NCBI GenBank assembly: GCA_021814165.1 | Contig: JAKAIX010000001.1 | Location: 216,369-280,368 of the forward strand | Length of the DNA: 64,000 nucleotides | Origin: a bacterium | Lineage (GTDB): Bacteria; Patescibacteriota; Minisyncoccia; UBA6257; GWB1-50-10 | Direction of reading: 5' to 3' | Shown: positions 18,181-27,616 of the stretch, piece after piece | Numbering within the stretch: the stretch's first letter is position 1 | How the letters are laid out: each line of letters begins with the position of its first letter | Notes under the pieces: model-generated | The model's input: the letters and a program-made list of their open reading frames with translations, nothing else | Told to the model about the DNA's origin: nothing | The model's database searches: none | Made by a program: the position numbers and the translations under genes

Positions 18181-19422
18181 TTAATTCGTCAAGAGTGCAT
18201 CCGTCGTATATATATTTGTCGGACTCCAGAGCATGAAACCGGCGTAGTCGTTCTGAAGCGAATCCTTCGTTGCTTGGATTTCTTTCCCTACCATTGCCGC
18301 GTCATACGGCACGCCGTTCAGATCAAAATCCTGAAGCCACGGCCTGATTTTCGCAACCGATTTCAACGGTTGCGTGCTTGTTGCGGAGAGAAGCGCCATA
18401 CGGCGCGCGTCCATCTCTTTTAAAGAATATAAAATCACTTCATACGGGTGCGCCGCGGGATTCGTGAATCCGTTAAACCCCGAGCTGTAGTGAGACGGGT
18501 ACACCATCGGCGCGAGATAATCGAAATAAGGGAATGCGTCCTCGATTTCCTGTCCAATCCCCAGATCATCCTTCCTGATAGCCGCAAATCCGAAAAGATC
18601 CGCGGACAATTTCACGTTCGGCAACGCGCTTCTCAAATACCTGAAAAAATCCCTTATTATCTCATGCCGGGGAGTTTTCTCATCCCAGAACGGAAAGATC
18701 GCGGCATCGAGGTTTCCTCCCGAGGGAAATCTGACGTAATCGAAGTTTATCTCGTCGAATCCCCGTTCGGCCGCATCGCGGGCGATCGCCGCGTCATATT
18801 CCCACACGCCTTTTGCCGCGGGGTCCATCCAATTCAACTTTTTCTCGTCCTGCCAGAGCGAGTCAGCCGATCTGAAGGCATCCGAAGAAGTTGAGTTCAT
18901 TTTCGCAATGTCGTGCACTGCGAGATCGGGGCGCGCGTGCGCGAACATGGGATCCTGAAATACCGTTATCCTTCCTATTACGTATATCCCCGCATCGTGG
19001 AGCGTTTTTAAAAGCGTATTAATCTTCGGAATCCTGTTCTCGAAGGTACGATATTTTGCGACCTCCGGATTCGCCATCTCATACGCGAGATAACCCGAGT
19101 AGTCCTTGATATCGACGACAACCGCATTGATAGCTCCCTCATGCGCAAGATCGAGCACGTATTGCACCCTACTCTTGCTTCCTCCGGACCAGCTTGTAAG
19201 ATAAACCGCCCGGATCACGGAAGGGGGGTTGGGAAGAGGCCTTTGTGGTCCGATATCGGCCGGTTTATTGCTTGCTGCCGTCACCCCCTCCGGGAGCTGT
19301 ACTGTCGGATCCGGAGAAACAATCCCCACGCTGTTTTTCACCGTGAGAAATAAAAAACCCCCGAGAACAAGAAGCAAGACAATGAGAACGCTATAAATAA
19401 TGACCCGCGGTTTTGATTTCAT
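18181..19422 (-). CDS. putative glycoside-hydrolase-like TIM-barrel lipoprotein/secreted protein (GHL/DUF4015-like)
   Basis: N-terminal TM/signal anchor. IRAVYLTSWSGGS...AINAVVVDIKD and acidic-residue pattern resemble the uncharacterised GH-like family. Assignment is tentative. Confidence 0.45.
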   Translation of the reverse strand: MKSKPRVIIYSVLIVLLLVLGGFLFLTVKNSVGIVSPDPTVQLPEGVTAASNKPADIGPQRPLPNPPSVIRAVYLTSWSGGSKSRVQYVLDLAHEGAINAVVVDIKDYSGYLAYEMANPEVAKYRTFENRIPKINTLLKTLHDAGIYVIGRITVFQDPMFAHARPDLAVHDIAKMNSTSSDAFRSADSLWQDEKKLNWMDPAAKGVWEYDAAIARDAAERGFDEINFDYVRFPSGGNLDAAIFPFWDEKTPRHEIIRDFFRYLRSALPNVKLSADLFGFAAIRKDDLGIGQEIEDAFPYFDYLAPMVYPSHYSSGFNGFTNPAAHPYEVILYSLKEMDARRMALLSATSTQPLKSVAKIRPWLQDFDLNGVPYDAAMVGKEIQATKDSLQNDYAGFMLWSPTNIYTTDALLTN

Positions 19423-19445
19423 ATAACAACTAAATTATACCCCGC

Positions 19446-20408
19446 TTACACCTTCATGACATTCTTTTCCACAATGTCAGCGACTTCTTCCGCGTTCTTC
19501 GCTTCCATGAGTTTTATTCTCAATTCCTTCGCTCCGCGGAATCCGTTCACGTACGCCTTGTAGTGTTTCTTCATAACATCAAACGACTTTATACCTTTGA
19601 AAAATTTCTCGAAGAGAAATGTGTGTTCAACCATCACGCGAAGTTTTTCTTCCTTGGACGGAGACAAACCGGCAAACAACCACGGATTTCCGAAAATACC
19701 TCTCCCTATCATCACTCCGTCCAGCTCGTAGCGTGCGGCTTTCTCCGCGGCATCTTCCAAGCCGGTTACGTCTCCATTTCCCACGATAAGCGTCTTCTCC
19801 GACGAAGAACCGAAACGCTTCGCGAGTTCCGCTGCGCGACCGATCGTTTCCCAGTCGGCGGGCACGAGCGACATCTCTTTTTTTGTTCTCCCGTGGATGA
19901 CGATGCACGCGGGCCCCGCTTCAAGAAGCGCCGGGATCCATGATAATTCTTCTTTCGCGTTAAATCCTATCCTGGTTTTTACCGAAACGGGAAGCGGACC
20001 CGCGCCGCGCTTTGTCTCTTCGATAATTCGTTTCGCGAGCGACGGGTTTTTAATGAGCGCGGCGCCGGCTCCCTGTTTCACCACGTTCTTTTCAGGACAT
20101 CCCATATTAATATCGACTCCGTCAAATCCCAGTTCCCGCGCGAGAAGCGCACACGAATAAAAATGTTCCGGCGTTGCGCCGAAAAACTGTGCGACGATCG
20201 GGCGTTCCGATTCGTCGAATCGGAGATTATGAAGCAGTGCTTTTTTCCCCTCGGAACACAAACCGTCCGCGGAGACGAACTCGGTCCACATCACGTCCGG
20301 TTTCCCGTACTTCGCGATAATAAAACGGAAGGCGGCATCCGTAACGTCCGCCATGGGAGCTAATGCGAATATCGGCTTCTTCAGTTGTTCCCAGAAGCCG
20401 TAGGTCAC
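19446..20408 (-). CDS. dus: tRNA-dihydrouridine synthase
   Basis: PIFALAPMADVTDAAFR N-terminal motif and FMN-binding TIM-barrel pattern (VDINMGCP...). Confidence 0.85.
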   Translation of the reverse strand: MTYGFWEQLKKPIFALAPMADVTDAAFRFIIAKYGKPDVMWTEFVSADGLCSEGKKALLHNLRFDESERPIVAQFFGATPEHFYSCALLARELGFDGVDINMGCPEKNVVKQGAGAALIKNPSLAKRIIEETKRGAGPLPVSVKTRIGFNAKEELSWIPALLEAGPACIVIHGRTKKEMSLVPADWETIGRAAELAKRFGSSSEKTLIVGNGDVTGLEDAAEKAARYELDGVMIGRGIFGNPWLFAGLSPSKEEKLRVMVEHTFLFEKFFKGIKSFDVMKKHYKAYVNGFRGAKELRIKLMEAKNAEEVADIVEKNVMKV

Positions 20409-20409
20409 G

Positions 20410-21315
20410 TCACGCGTTCAGGTAATGCCGCGTGGCTACCACGCTTGATACGATACCCAATACGACACCGAAGAGTATTTGGTAAAGAAGGAGCGATATG
20501 AAATTGGCGTTGAAATACCCTCCCAAATCCACTTCAGGTACGAAATTCGCGACATGAGGCGATATAAAACCGATAAGCGGAATGAATATGAGAAACGCTA
20601 CGATCGCGGCGATCGCGCCGTAGAGAATCCCTTCGATGACGTACGGGCCGCGGATGAAGTTATTGGATGCGCCTACGAGCCGCATTACGCCTATCTGCTC
20701 CCTGTTCGAGAAAATGGCGAGTCGAATGGTATTAAACGTCACCATAACGGCAAGAAACGCGAGAAAAATAGTGAGGATGAATCCGCCCCGCTGGAAGTTG
20801 TCGATCAGAGCCGTGAGACGATCGATGACCACCTGATTTTGGGCATAGGTGATTTTCTCTATGCTGTCGGTAAAGTCGGGCTTCTCCAGATAATTCGCGA
20901 TCGAATCATAGTGATGCAGGTCTTTCGCTTTCACATTTAAGGACGCGAGAAGCGGATTTGCATCCAGTTCTTCGAGCGTCTGGGTGATGGTACTTTCGTC
21001 CGCGTGACGCGCTTTGAAGTCCGCGAGCGCCTGATCCTTCGAAACATACTCGACATATTTCACTTCATCCAACCCTTCAAGCGATTTCTTCAAATTCAAG
21101 ATGGTATCTTCCGACACATTACTCTTGAAATAGACGCTGATGTCCACTTTCTCCTGGATGGCTTGCACGGCGCCCTTGCTCATTACGTTAAAAAGAATTA
21201 ACCCCTCGAACACCAGGAGCGCGAGGATCATGATGCCTATCGTCGAAACGGAAAGCCAGCCGTTTCGGAGGAAACTTTGCCATCCGTACTTCAGAATTCG
21301 AAATAAAGTGACCAT
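20410..21315 (-). CDS. ftsX: cell division ABC transporter permease FtsX
   Basis: 301 aa, 4 TM with periplasmic loop. Lies immediately downstream of ftsE. Confidence 0.8.
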   Translation of the reverse strand: MVTLFRILKYGWQSFLRNGWLSVSTIGIMILALLVFEGLILFNVMSKGAVQAIQEKVDISVYFKSNVSEDTILNLKKSLEGLDEVKYVEYVSKDQALADFKARHADESTITQTLEELDANPLLASLNVKAKDLHHYDSIANYLEKPDFTDSIEKITYAQNQVVIDRLTALIDNFQRGGFILTIFLAFLAVMVTFNTIRLAIFSNREQIGVMRLVGASNNFIRGPYVIEGILYGAIAAIVAFLIFIPLIGFISPHVANFVPEVDLGGYFNANFISLLLYQILFGVVLGIVSSVVATRHYLNA

Positions 21316-21339
21316 ACCGTAGTTAAAAGTTTATAGTTT

Positions 21340-22026
21340 CTAGTCTATCAAAAACCTTCCGTGAGCTTCGTCCTTTATCACGCGACCGTCTTCGAGGGTA
21401 ACCACCCGTTCCCCCAAGGTATTCACAATTTCCTTGTCGTGAGTCGCGAGAATAACCGTGCTCCCCAGTTCGTTGATCTTCTTCAAAAGTTTGATGACTT
21501 CCCACGTATTGAACGGATCAAGATTCCCCGTCGGCTCGTCGGCAATCAAGACATCCGGCTGATTTATCATCGCCCGTGCGATTGCGACGCGCTGTTTCTC
21601 ACCGCCCGAGAGCTCCGCGGGAAAGTTAAACATTTTGTCCTTTAATCCTACCATATCCAGAACCTGCGGCACGAGCTCGTTGATCTCGCTCTGAAGCCGT
21701 CCTTCCACTTCCAATGCAAAGGCGACGTTCTCGAATGCCGTTTTTTTGGTGAGCAGGCGAAAGTCCTGGAAAATGACCCCTATGTGCCTCCGGAATTCCG
21801 GGAGCTCCGAAGGTTTCAGTTTATTCACTTCGTACGAACCGAAAAAAATCTGCCCCTTGGAGGGCTTTTCCTCGCCGATAAGGAGCTTCACGACGGTCGA
21901 TTTTCCCGCCCCCGATCTGCCTACGAAGGTGACAAATTCGTTCGGTTGGATCTTGAAACTCACCTTATCGAGCGCAACCGAGTTGTGATTGTAGTTTTTG
22001 GAGACGTTCTGAAAAATAATCATCAA
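21340..22026 (-). CDS. ftsE: cell division ABC transporter ATP-binding protein FtsE
   Basis: Walker A GRSGAGKST, signature [14 protein letters not shown], Walker [12 protein letters not shown]. 228 aa. Confidence 0.9.
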   Translation of the reverse strand: MMIIFQNVSKNYNHNSVALDKVSFKIQPNEFVTFVGRSGAGKSTVVKLLIGEEKPSKGQIFFGSYEVNKLKPSELPEFRRHIGVIFQDFRLLTKKTAFENVAFALEVEGRLQSEINELVPQVLDMVGLKDKMFNFPAELSGGEKQRVAIARAMINQPDVLIADEPTGNLDPFNTWEVIKLLKKINELGSTVILATHDKEIVNTLGERVVTLEDGRVIKDEAHGRFLID

Positions 22027-22106
22027 AGTTCAAAAGACACTCTTCATGTCTTTTTCTAACAATAGCACAAATGTTTTTTTCACTCAATAAAGCTAGGTGA
22101 TCACAT

Positions 22107-22188
22107 GTTGCACCGCATTCCTCCTCAGCTCGGGCGCTCCGGGCCGCTTGGCCAAGTCTTACCCTCGTTCGGAGGAACGCGGTGCAAC
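22107..22188. repeat. structured repeat copy B (reverse orientation of the 7763..7836 core) enclosed by a GTTGCACCGC..GCGGTGCAAC stem
   Basis: Its reverse complement contains the identical 56-nt core of copy A. The outer stem differs in sequence from copy A but remains self-complementary. Located in the prfB-ftsE intergenic region. Confidence 0.6.
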
Positions 22189-22197
22189 AAAGCAAAG

Positions 22198-22893
22198 CTA
22201 TCTTTCATTTAGAAGATCCAAATCCCCATTCAATACTTCTTCTACTCTTGATATTTTCTTTCCCGTCCTGTGATCCTTTACCTGTTTATAAGGATGGAGC
22301 ACGTACGAACGTATTTCATGCCCCCATTCCGGTGCAACGCGCGTGCGTAGGTTTGAGACCTCTTTTTCGTGCTTCTCTTCCATTAATTTCACGAGCTTTG
22401 CCTTCAAAAGATTGATCGCTTTCTCGCGATTCGCCGCCTGCGAACGCTCGGCGCGGGACGAGACGACAATTCCTGTCGGCAGGTGCGCGACCCGCACCGC
22501 CGTCTCCACCTTGTTCACGTTCTGCCCTCCCGGACCGCCGGCTCTCGAGAACTCCACCTTAAGATCTTTTTCCGGGATCTGGACGTGCGACGCCTCAAGT
22601 GCGGGCAGCTCGGGAAATACCTCGACCAAGGCGAAGGAAGTGTGGCGGAGCTTCTTCGCATCAAACGGCGAGATACGCACCAGGCGATGCACGCCTGATT
22701 CGTCTTTAAGACGTTCATAAGCCCTTTCTCCTCTGATTTCTATCGTTGTGTCATCCACTGCGACGAGTTTCCAATTCTTAAGTTGCGCATAACGCGAATA
22801 CATCCGGATGAGCATGCTCGCCCAATCCTTCGCGTCATCGCCTCCCGCACCCGCGAGGATCGAAACTGTCGCTACATTAGGATTTGTTTGCAT
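22198..22893 (-). CDS. prfB: peptide chain release factor 2 homolog lacking N-terminal domain 1 (domains 2-4 only, SPF and GGQ motifs present)
   Basis: Aligns to RF2 from about residue 125 onward (ILAGAGGDDAKDWASMLIRMY). SPF motif RISPFDAKKLRHTSF and GGQ motif RAGGPGGQNVNKVETAVRVAHLPTGIVV are present. The in-frame ATG at 22944 lies inside tRNA-Thr, so the start is set at ATG 22893 (MQTNPNVAT...). No upstream coding space for domain 1 and no CUU-UGA frameshift site. Confidence 0.75.
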   Translation of the reverse strand: MQTNPNVATVSILAGAGGDDAKDWASMLIRMYSRYAQLKNWKLVAVDDTTIEIRGERAYERLKDESGVHRLVRISPFDAKKLRHTSFALVEVFPELPALEASHVQIPEKDLKVEFSRAGGPGGQNVNKVETAVRVAHLPTGIVVSSRAERSQAANREKAINLLKAKLVKLMEEKHEKEVSNLRTRVAPEWGHEIRSYVLHPYKQVKDHRTGKKISRVEEVLNGDLDLLNER

Positions 22894-22911
22894 AAAACGA
22901 AATTCTTCTTG

Positions 22912-22984
22912 AGCCACCTCCGAGACTTGAACTCGGGACCCCATCTTTACGAAAGATGTGCTCTACCAACTGAGCTAAGGTGGC
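22912..22984 (-). tRNA. tRNA-Thr (anticodon CGT)
   Basis: Minus-strand sequence GCCACCTTAGCTCAGTTGGTAGAGCACATCTTTCGTAAAGATGGGGTCCCGAGTTCAAGTCTCGGAGGTGGCT folds as a cloverleaf. Acceptor GCCACCT/AGGTGGC, anticodon loop TTCGTAA, T-arm CCGAG/CTCGG. CCA is not encoded. Confidence 0.85.
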
Positions 22985-23015
22985 ATCGTCCTACCGGTTC
23001 CTATAGTAATAAGAA

Positions 23016-23043
23016 TTGACAAAATATTCAAATAGCATAGAAT
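23016..23043 (+). promoter_or_regulatory. sigma70-like promoter for rnpB (-35 TTGACA, 16-nt spacer, -10 TAGAAT)
   Basis: TTGACAaaatattcaaatagcaTAGAAT ends about 6 nt before the predicted 5' end of the RNase P RNA P1 stem. Confidence 0.5.
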
Positions 23044-23045
23044 AA

Positions 23046-23533
23046 ACGCGGTAAATCAAGCGATAGCCCGCCGATGAGGCGGGAGGAAAGTCCGGACACC
23101 CGCCAATTTTGTTTCCAAGCTTGCGAGGAAGTACAAAATTGAGCGTCCTCCGAAGCTTTAGCAAAGGAGGACAACCCTTCTACGCTCTTAAAGAGCTACG
23201 AAGGGTGCTCGATTTCGTAATCTCGCCTTGCTCGAACGAAATCGGCAAAGGTAGCGGCTAACGGCCGTCGAGGGAAACCTTAGAGGTGCGAGCAGAAACG
23301 CTTCGATTCGAAAGGATCGAAGGAGCCCAATCCCAAGCTAGCTGGCTCAGCTCCGTCATAGGGATAGCAAAACGGAGATGAAACGGCTAAATCCTTACCG
23401 GGTGCAAGACCGTGCCACGTTAGATAGCGCGCAAGCGTTCGTCTTATGTGGAGTGTCGCACAGATCCTGAGAGTAATCGAAAGGACAAGACGAATTATCG
23501 CATAAACAGAATCCGGCTTACGATTTACCAACG
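23046..23533 (+). ncRNA. rnpB: RNase P RNA (bacterial type A-like)
   Basis: Conserved P4 strands GGGAGGAAAGTCCGGACACC and ACAGAATCCGGCTTACG. P1 pairing GGTAAATC...GATTTACC. Internal GGGAAACC-type loops. Overlapping ORFs are spurious. Confidence 0.85.
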
Positions 23534-23566
23534 ACCCCGTCTATTCAAATGGACGGGGTTTTATTT
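23533..23566. terminator. rho-independent terminator after rnpB, bidirectional with convergent rnhB
   Basis: GACCCCGTC-TATTCAAAT-GGACGGGGT hairpin followed by TTTATTTTG. Confidence 0.7.
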
Positions 23567-23577
23567 TGACAGAACAG

Positions 23578-24168
23578 TCACCCTCCCAAAAATTTGCAAA
23601 ACGTTTTTCTATGCATGGAGGAAACTCCGTGTTTTTTTATCGCCGCGATATGACTCTTCGTGCCGTAGCCCACATGTTTCTCGAACCCGTACTCCGGGTA
23701 TTCAAAAGATGCTTTTTTCATATAACGATCCCTTCGCACCTTCGCCAGGATTGATGCCGCCTTCACCGCGTTAATTCTCCCGTCCGCTCTGATAACCGTG
23801 CGCCCGCCGTCGACATAAAGCCCTCCGTCCAAAAAAATAAGCGATCGCTTCAGGGGAATCCCTTTTTTCTCCGCGAGTTTTTTGAGTGATCGCTCTGCCG
23901 CCCGATTCGCGGCTTTCGCGATATTAATCCTGTCGATTACCGCGGGAGTTATGCTCGAAATCGCAAATATCACGCCGTCTTCTTTCAATTTCTTCGCCCA
24001 TAGTTCCCTTGATCGCGCGGTAAGTTTCTTTGAATCATCCAACTTAACCCCGTTCGGAAGCGGATGAAATTTCATTTCCCTGGGAACCGCCGCGGCGCAT
24101 ACCGTGACAGGCCCCGCCAAAGGTCCTCTTCCTACCTCGTCTATGCCAATGATGTATTTATACCTCAT
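23578..24168 (-). CDS. rnhB: ribonuclease HII
   Basis: IIGIDEVGRGPLAGPVTVCAAAV N-terminal catalytic motif and DDSKKL. 196 aa. Confidence 0.9.
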   Translation of the reverse strand: MRYKYIIGIDEVGRGPLAGPVTVCAAAVPREMKFHPLPNGVKLDDSKKLTARSRELWAKKLKEDGVIFAISSITPAVIDRINIAKAANRAAERSLKKLAEKKGIPLKRSLIFLDGGLYVDGGRTVIRADGRINAVKAASILAKVRRDRYMKKASFEYPEYGFEKHVGYGTKSHIAAIKKHGVSSMHRKTFCKFLGG

Positions 24169-24366
24169 GGTCTTTCTCCCATTATAGAACTTCCCGGATG
24201 AATCGGCTCATCCGGCCGAAAACACAAACAAGAAAAAAAAGCGCCTCAAAATATGTGCATATGCATGAATTTTGAAGCCGTTCTTTATTCGCCTTTTTTT
24301 CTCTTTCTTCCATAAATAAATAAATTTGCGAACTCTTCTCTCTCCGAATACAATGAGAGGGAAAAT

Positions 24367-27300
24367 ATGCCTAAGTTCGTCCATCTGCACACACACTCCC
24401 ATTATTCGCTGCTTGACGGGCTCGCGAAAATCGACGGACTTGTGGACAGAACAAAGGAACTCGGCATGGAAGCGATTGCATTGACCGATCACGGAAACCT
24501 CTACGGTGCGGTCGAGTTCTATAAGAAAGCGAAAAAAGCGGGCATCAAGCCCATCATCGGCGTCGAGACCTACATCGCGCCGAACGGCCATCTGAATAAG
24601 CGCCCCAAGATCGACGAGCGGCGTTATCACCAAATTCTTCTAGCAAAAAACGAAACGGGGTGGAAAAATTTAATCCAGCTCGTCACCGTTTCCTACCTCG
24701 ACGGCTTCTATTATAAACCGCGCATCGACAAAACCCTTCTTGAAAAATACCACGAAGGACTTATTTGTCTCTCGGGATGTTTCTCGGGAGAGATCGGGCG
24801 GCTTCTCGCCGCGCAGAAATTCGATGAGGCGGAAGAAGTCGCGCAGTGGTATAAAAACCTCTTCGGTGACGATTACTACCTCGAGGTGCAGCCGCACACT
24901 CCCGATCTCCACGCACCGCTCCAGGCGCTTTCGAAAAAGCTCGGCATTCCGCTTGTCGCAACGCAGGACATCCACTACGTAAATCCTGACGACAAGACCG
25001 CGCACGAAATCCTTCTTGCAGTCCAGACAAACAGCAAACTCGACGATGAGGATCGTTTGAATATGAAGCGATACGACATTTCGCTCCAATCGCCGGAAGA
25101 AATGACAAAACACTTCGCGCACATCCCCGAGGCGATCGAAAACACTGTAAAAGTTGCCGAAAAATGCGACTGGGAACTCGCACTCGGTAAAACACTTCTC
25201 CCCCGCTTCCCGCTCCCCGAAGGAGAAATATCGTCATTCGGTTATCTGGAGAAATTAGTGAAAGAGAGGATTCATAAACACTACCCCGAGATTACTCAGG
25301 CAGTGAAGGACCGCGTCGCGATGGAACTCGGCGTTATCGAAAAAACCGGATTCGCGGATTACTTCCTTATCGTGCAGGATTTCGTGAACTGGGCCAAAAG
25401 TCACGGGATCGTCGTGGGACCCGGACGCGGAAGCGCGGCGGGGAGTATCATTTCTTACATCTTGGGAATCACCAACCTCGATCCCCTGAGATACGAGCTG
25501 CTCTTCGAGCGGTTTTTGAATCCCGACAGAATCCAGGCACCGGATATCGACATCGATTTCACCGATATCCGTCGGGATGAAGTCCTTGCATACGTCCGCG
25601 AGCGCTATGGAAGCGATCACGTAGCTCAAATCATTACCTTCGGAACTATGATGGCGCGGGCGGCGGTGAGAGACGCTGGACGGGCAATGGGATACCCGTA
25701 CGGCCTCTGCGATCAGATTGCGAAGCTTATTACCGGTTTGAACGTTTCCCTCAAAGATTCGATACGCACGGTCCCGGAACTTAAGGAGATGTACACAGGG
25801 AACGACGACGCGAAGAAGATACTCGACGCCGCGTTGAAACTCGAAGGTACGGCGCGCCATGCTTCGGTGCATGCGTGCGGCGTCGTGATCTCGCCGGAAC
25901 CGCTCACGAACTTCATGCCTCTCCAGCGCGCTCCGCAGGGCGAAGAGACGATCCTCACGCAGTTCGAGATGCATAGCGTTGAAGACCTCGGGCTTCTCAA
26001 GATGGACTTCCTGGGACTCAAAAACCTGACCATCATCGAAAAAACGCTCCGGCTTATAAAAGAGAATAGGAATGTCGCTATTGATATCGATTCGATCCCT
26101 CTGGATGACAAGAAAAGTTTTGAACTGTTCCAGAGCGCCGACACGACGGGCATCTTCCAGCTCGAATCGCAGGGAATGCGCCACTATTTGAAAGAACTGA
26201 AACCGACGGAACTCGAGGACATCATCGTAATGATTTCGCTTTACCGCCCGGGACCCATGGAACTTATCCCCCAATACATCAACCGCAAATTCGGACGCGA
26301 GACGGTTACTTACATTCACCCCAAACTGAAACCGATTCTCGAGGGCACCTACGGCGTTGGCATCTACCAGGAACAGATGATGCGCATCGCGCGCGATCTC
26401 GCGGGATTTACGCTCGCGGAGGCGGACACGCTCCGGAAAGCAATCGGGAAGAAAATCAAAAGCCTGCTCGACGAACAACAGGAAAGACTCATAAAGGGAA
26501 TGGTCGAACACGGCATCGACAAGAGGACCGCGGTGAAAATCTGGGATCTTTTTCCTCCGTTCGCCCGCTACGGTTTCAACCGCTCCCACGCCGCGTGTTA
26601 CGCGATGGTAAGTTATGAGACGGCGTATCTTAAAGCCAACTTCCCCGTCGAATTCATGACGAGTCTCTTGAACGTTTCGGGAACCGACATCGAACGCATC
26701 AATTTCCTCGTAAACGAAACGCGGCACCTCGGCATCCAGGTATTTCCCCCCGACGTAAATCTGAGCTTCCAGGATTTCGCAGTCGACGGAACGGACATCC
26801 GTTTCGGGCTTCTTGCCATCAAAAATCTCGGGGCGAATATCGTGAACGCAATTATCGACGAGCGGGCACAAGGCGGCCCGTACGAAAATCTCCAGAACTT
26901 CCTCTCGCGCGTACACCACCGGGATATGAACAAGAAGTCGCTCGAGAGCCTGATTAAGGCGGGAGCACTCGATTCGTTCGGCATCGAACGCGGTGAACTT
27001 CTCGCGAATATCGAGGATCTTCTGAAATTCAACCAAGCCGCGAAGAAACTCTCGGGAAGCAACCAAAACTCGCTTTTCGGCGGTGTCGCGACTTTCGGCG
27101 CGCTCCGTCTCCGTCCCGCGGAAAAAATCGACAAAGGAACGATGCTTGGGTGGGAAAAAGAACTATTGGGACTCTATCTTACGGATCACCCGATGAGGGA
27201 ACATCTGCCGAAACTGAACGGCAGGGCGAAAACCATCAAGTTCGCGCTCTCGCTTCCAAAACAGGGCGATCGGTCGCTCAAGTTCCGCCTCGCGGGCGTT

Positions 27301-27522
27301 GTGAGCGTAACGAAAAAAATTATAACGAAGAAGGGCCAGCCGATGCTCTTCGTGACGCTTGAGGACGGTGAGAATGACACGATCGAACTCCTCGTCTTCT
27401 CGGAACTTCTCGAGAAAAATCCGGAGGCATGGCAGGAAAACAAGGTAATACTGATAGACGGCTATATTTCTTGGAAGAACGGCGACACGAAGTATATTTG
27501 CGAAGAGGTTCAGGTGTTATAG
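24367..27522 (+). CDS. dnaE: DNA polymerase III alpha subunit
   Basis: PHP domain start FVHLHTHSHYSLLDG, polymerase core (GPGRGSAAGSIISYILGITNLDP, FERFLNPDR), C-terminal OB fold. 1051 aa. Preceded by SD-like GAGAGGG. Confidence 0.95.
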   Translation: MPKFVHLHTHSHYSLLDGLAKIDGLVDRTKELGMEAIALTDHGNLYGAVEFYKKAKKAGIKPIIGVETYIAPNGHLNKRPKIDERRYHQILLAKNETGWKNLIQLVTVSYLDGFYYKPRIDKTLLEKYHEGLICLSGCFSGEIGRLLAAQKFDEAEEVAQWYKNLFGDDYYLEVQPHTPDLHAPLQALSKKLGIPLVATQDIHYVNPDDKTAHEILLAVQTNSKLDDEDRLNMKRYDISLQSPEEMTKHFAHIPEAIENTVKVAEKCDWELALGKTLLPRFPLPEGEISSFGYLEKLVKERIHKHYPEITQAVKDRVAMELGVIEKTGFADYFLIVQDFVNWAKSHGIVVGPGRGSAAGSIISYILGITNLDPLRYELLFERFLNPDRIQAPDIDIDFTDIRRDEVLAYVRERYGSDHVAQIITFGTMMARAAVRDAGRAMGYPYGLCDQIAKLITGLNVSLKDSIRTVPELKEMYTGNDDAKKILDAALKLEGTARHASVHACGVVISPEPLTNFMPLQRAPQGEETILTQFEMHSVEDLGLLKMDFLGLKNLTIIEKTLRLIKENRNVAIDIDSIPLDDKKSFELFQSADTTGIFQLESQGMRHYLKELKPTELEDIIVMISLYRPGPMELIPQYINRKFGRETVTYIHPKLKPILEGTYGVGIYQEQMMRIARDLAGFTLAEADTLRKAIGKKIKSLLDEQQERLIKGMVEHGIDKRTAVKIWDLFPPFARYGFNRSHAACYAMVSYETAYLKANFPVEFMTSLLNVSGTDIERINFLVNETRHLGIQVFPPDVNLSFQDFAVDGTDIRFGLLAIKNLGANIVNAIIDERAQGGPYENLQNFLSRVHHRDMNKKSLESLIKAGALDSFGIERGELLANIEDLLKFNQAAKKLSGSNQNSLFGGVATFGALRLRPAEKIDKGTMLGWEKELLGLYLTDHPMREHLPKLNGRAKTIKFALSLPKQGDRSLKFRLAGVVSVTKKIITKKGQPMLFVTLEDGENDTIELLVFSELLEKNPEAWQENKVILIDGYISWKNGDTKYICEEVQVL

Positions 27523-27556
27523 AGATTTCTTTTGTTTTATCAGTGTAGGTGATTGC

Positions 27557-27616
27557 GGAGGCCCGGCCTCCGTAACCTGCCTGCGCAGGCAGGGGAAGCC
27601 GGGCCTCCTTATTTTG
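27557..27616. terminator. GC-rich twin-hairpin element GGAGGCCCGGCCTCC...GGAAGCCGGGCCTCC + TTATTTTG (REP-like terminator) enclosing the 18-bp palindrome CCTGCCTGCGCAGGCAGG
   Basis: Lies between dnaE and thrS. The same hairpin units recur at about 29467..29508 and 56412..56450. Confidence 0.6.

Noticed and set aside
22894-22944. Upstream extension of the prfB ORF to the first in-frame ATG (22944)
   Set aside because: That ATG and 30 further nt lie inside the tRNA-Thr gene. The frame hits TAG within the tRNA, so the extension cannot supply RF2 domain 1.
23280-23774. ORFs of 83, 108 and 62 codons overlapping the RNase P RNA and its terminator
   Set aside because: The region is explained by the rnpB conserved helices. 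The ORFs have no SD, no homology and cross the terminator hairpin.
25255-27066. 603-codon ORF on the minus strand inside dnaE
   Set aside because: Antisense to a strongly conserved gene, with low-complexity Arg/Glu-rich translation and no motif. It is a GC-driven open-frame artefact.
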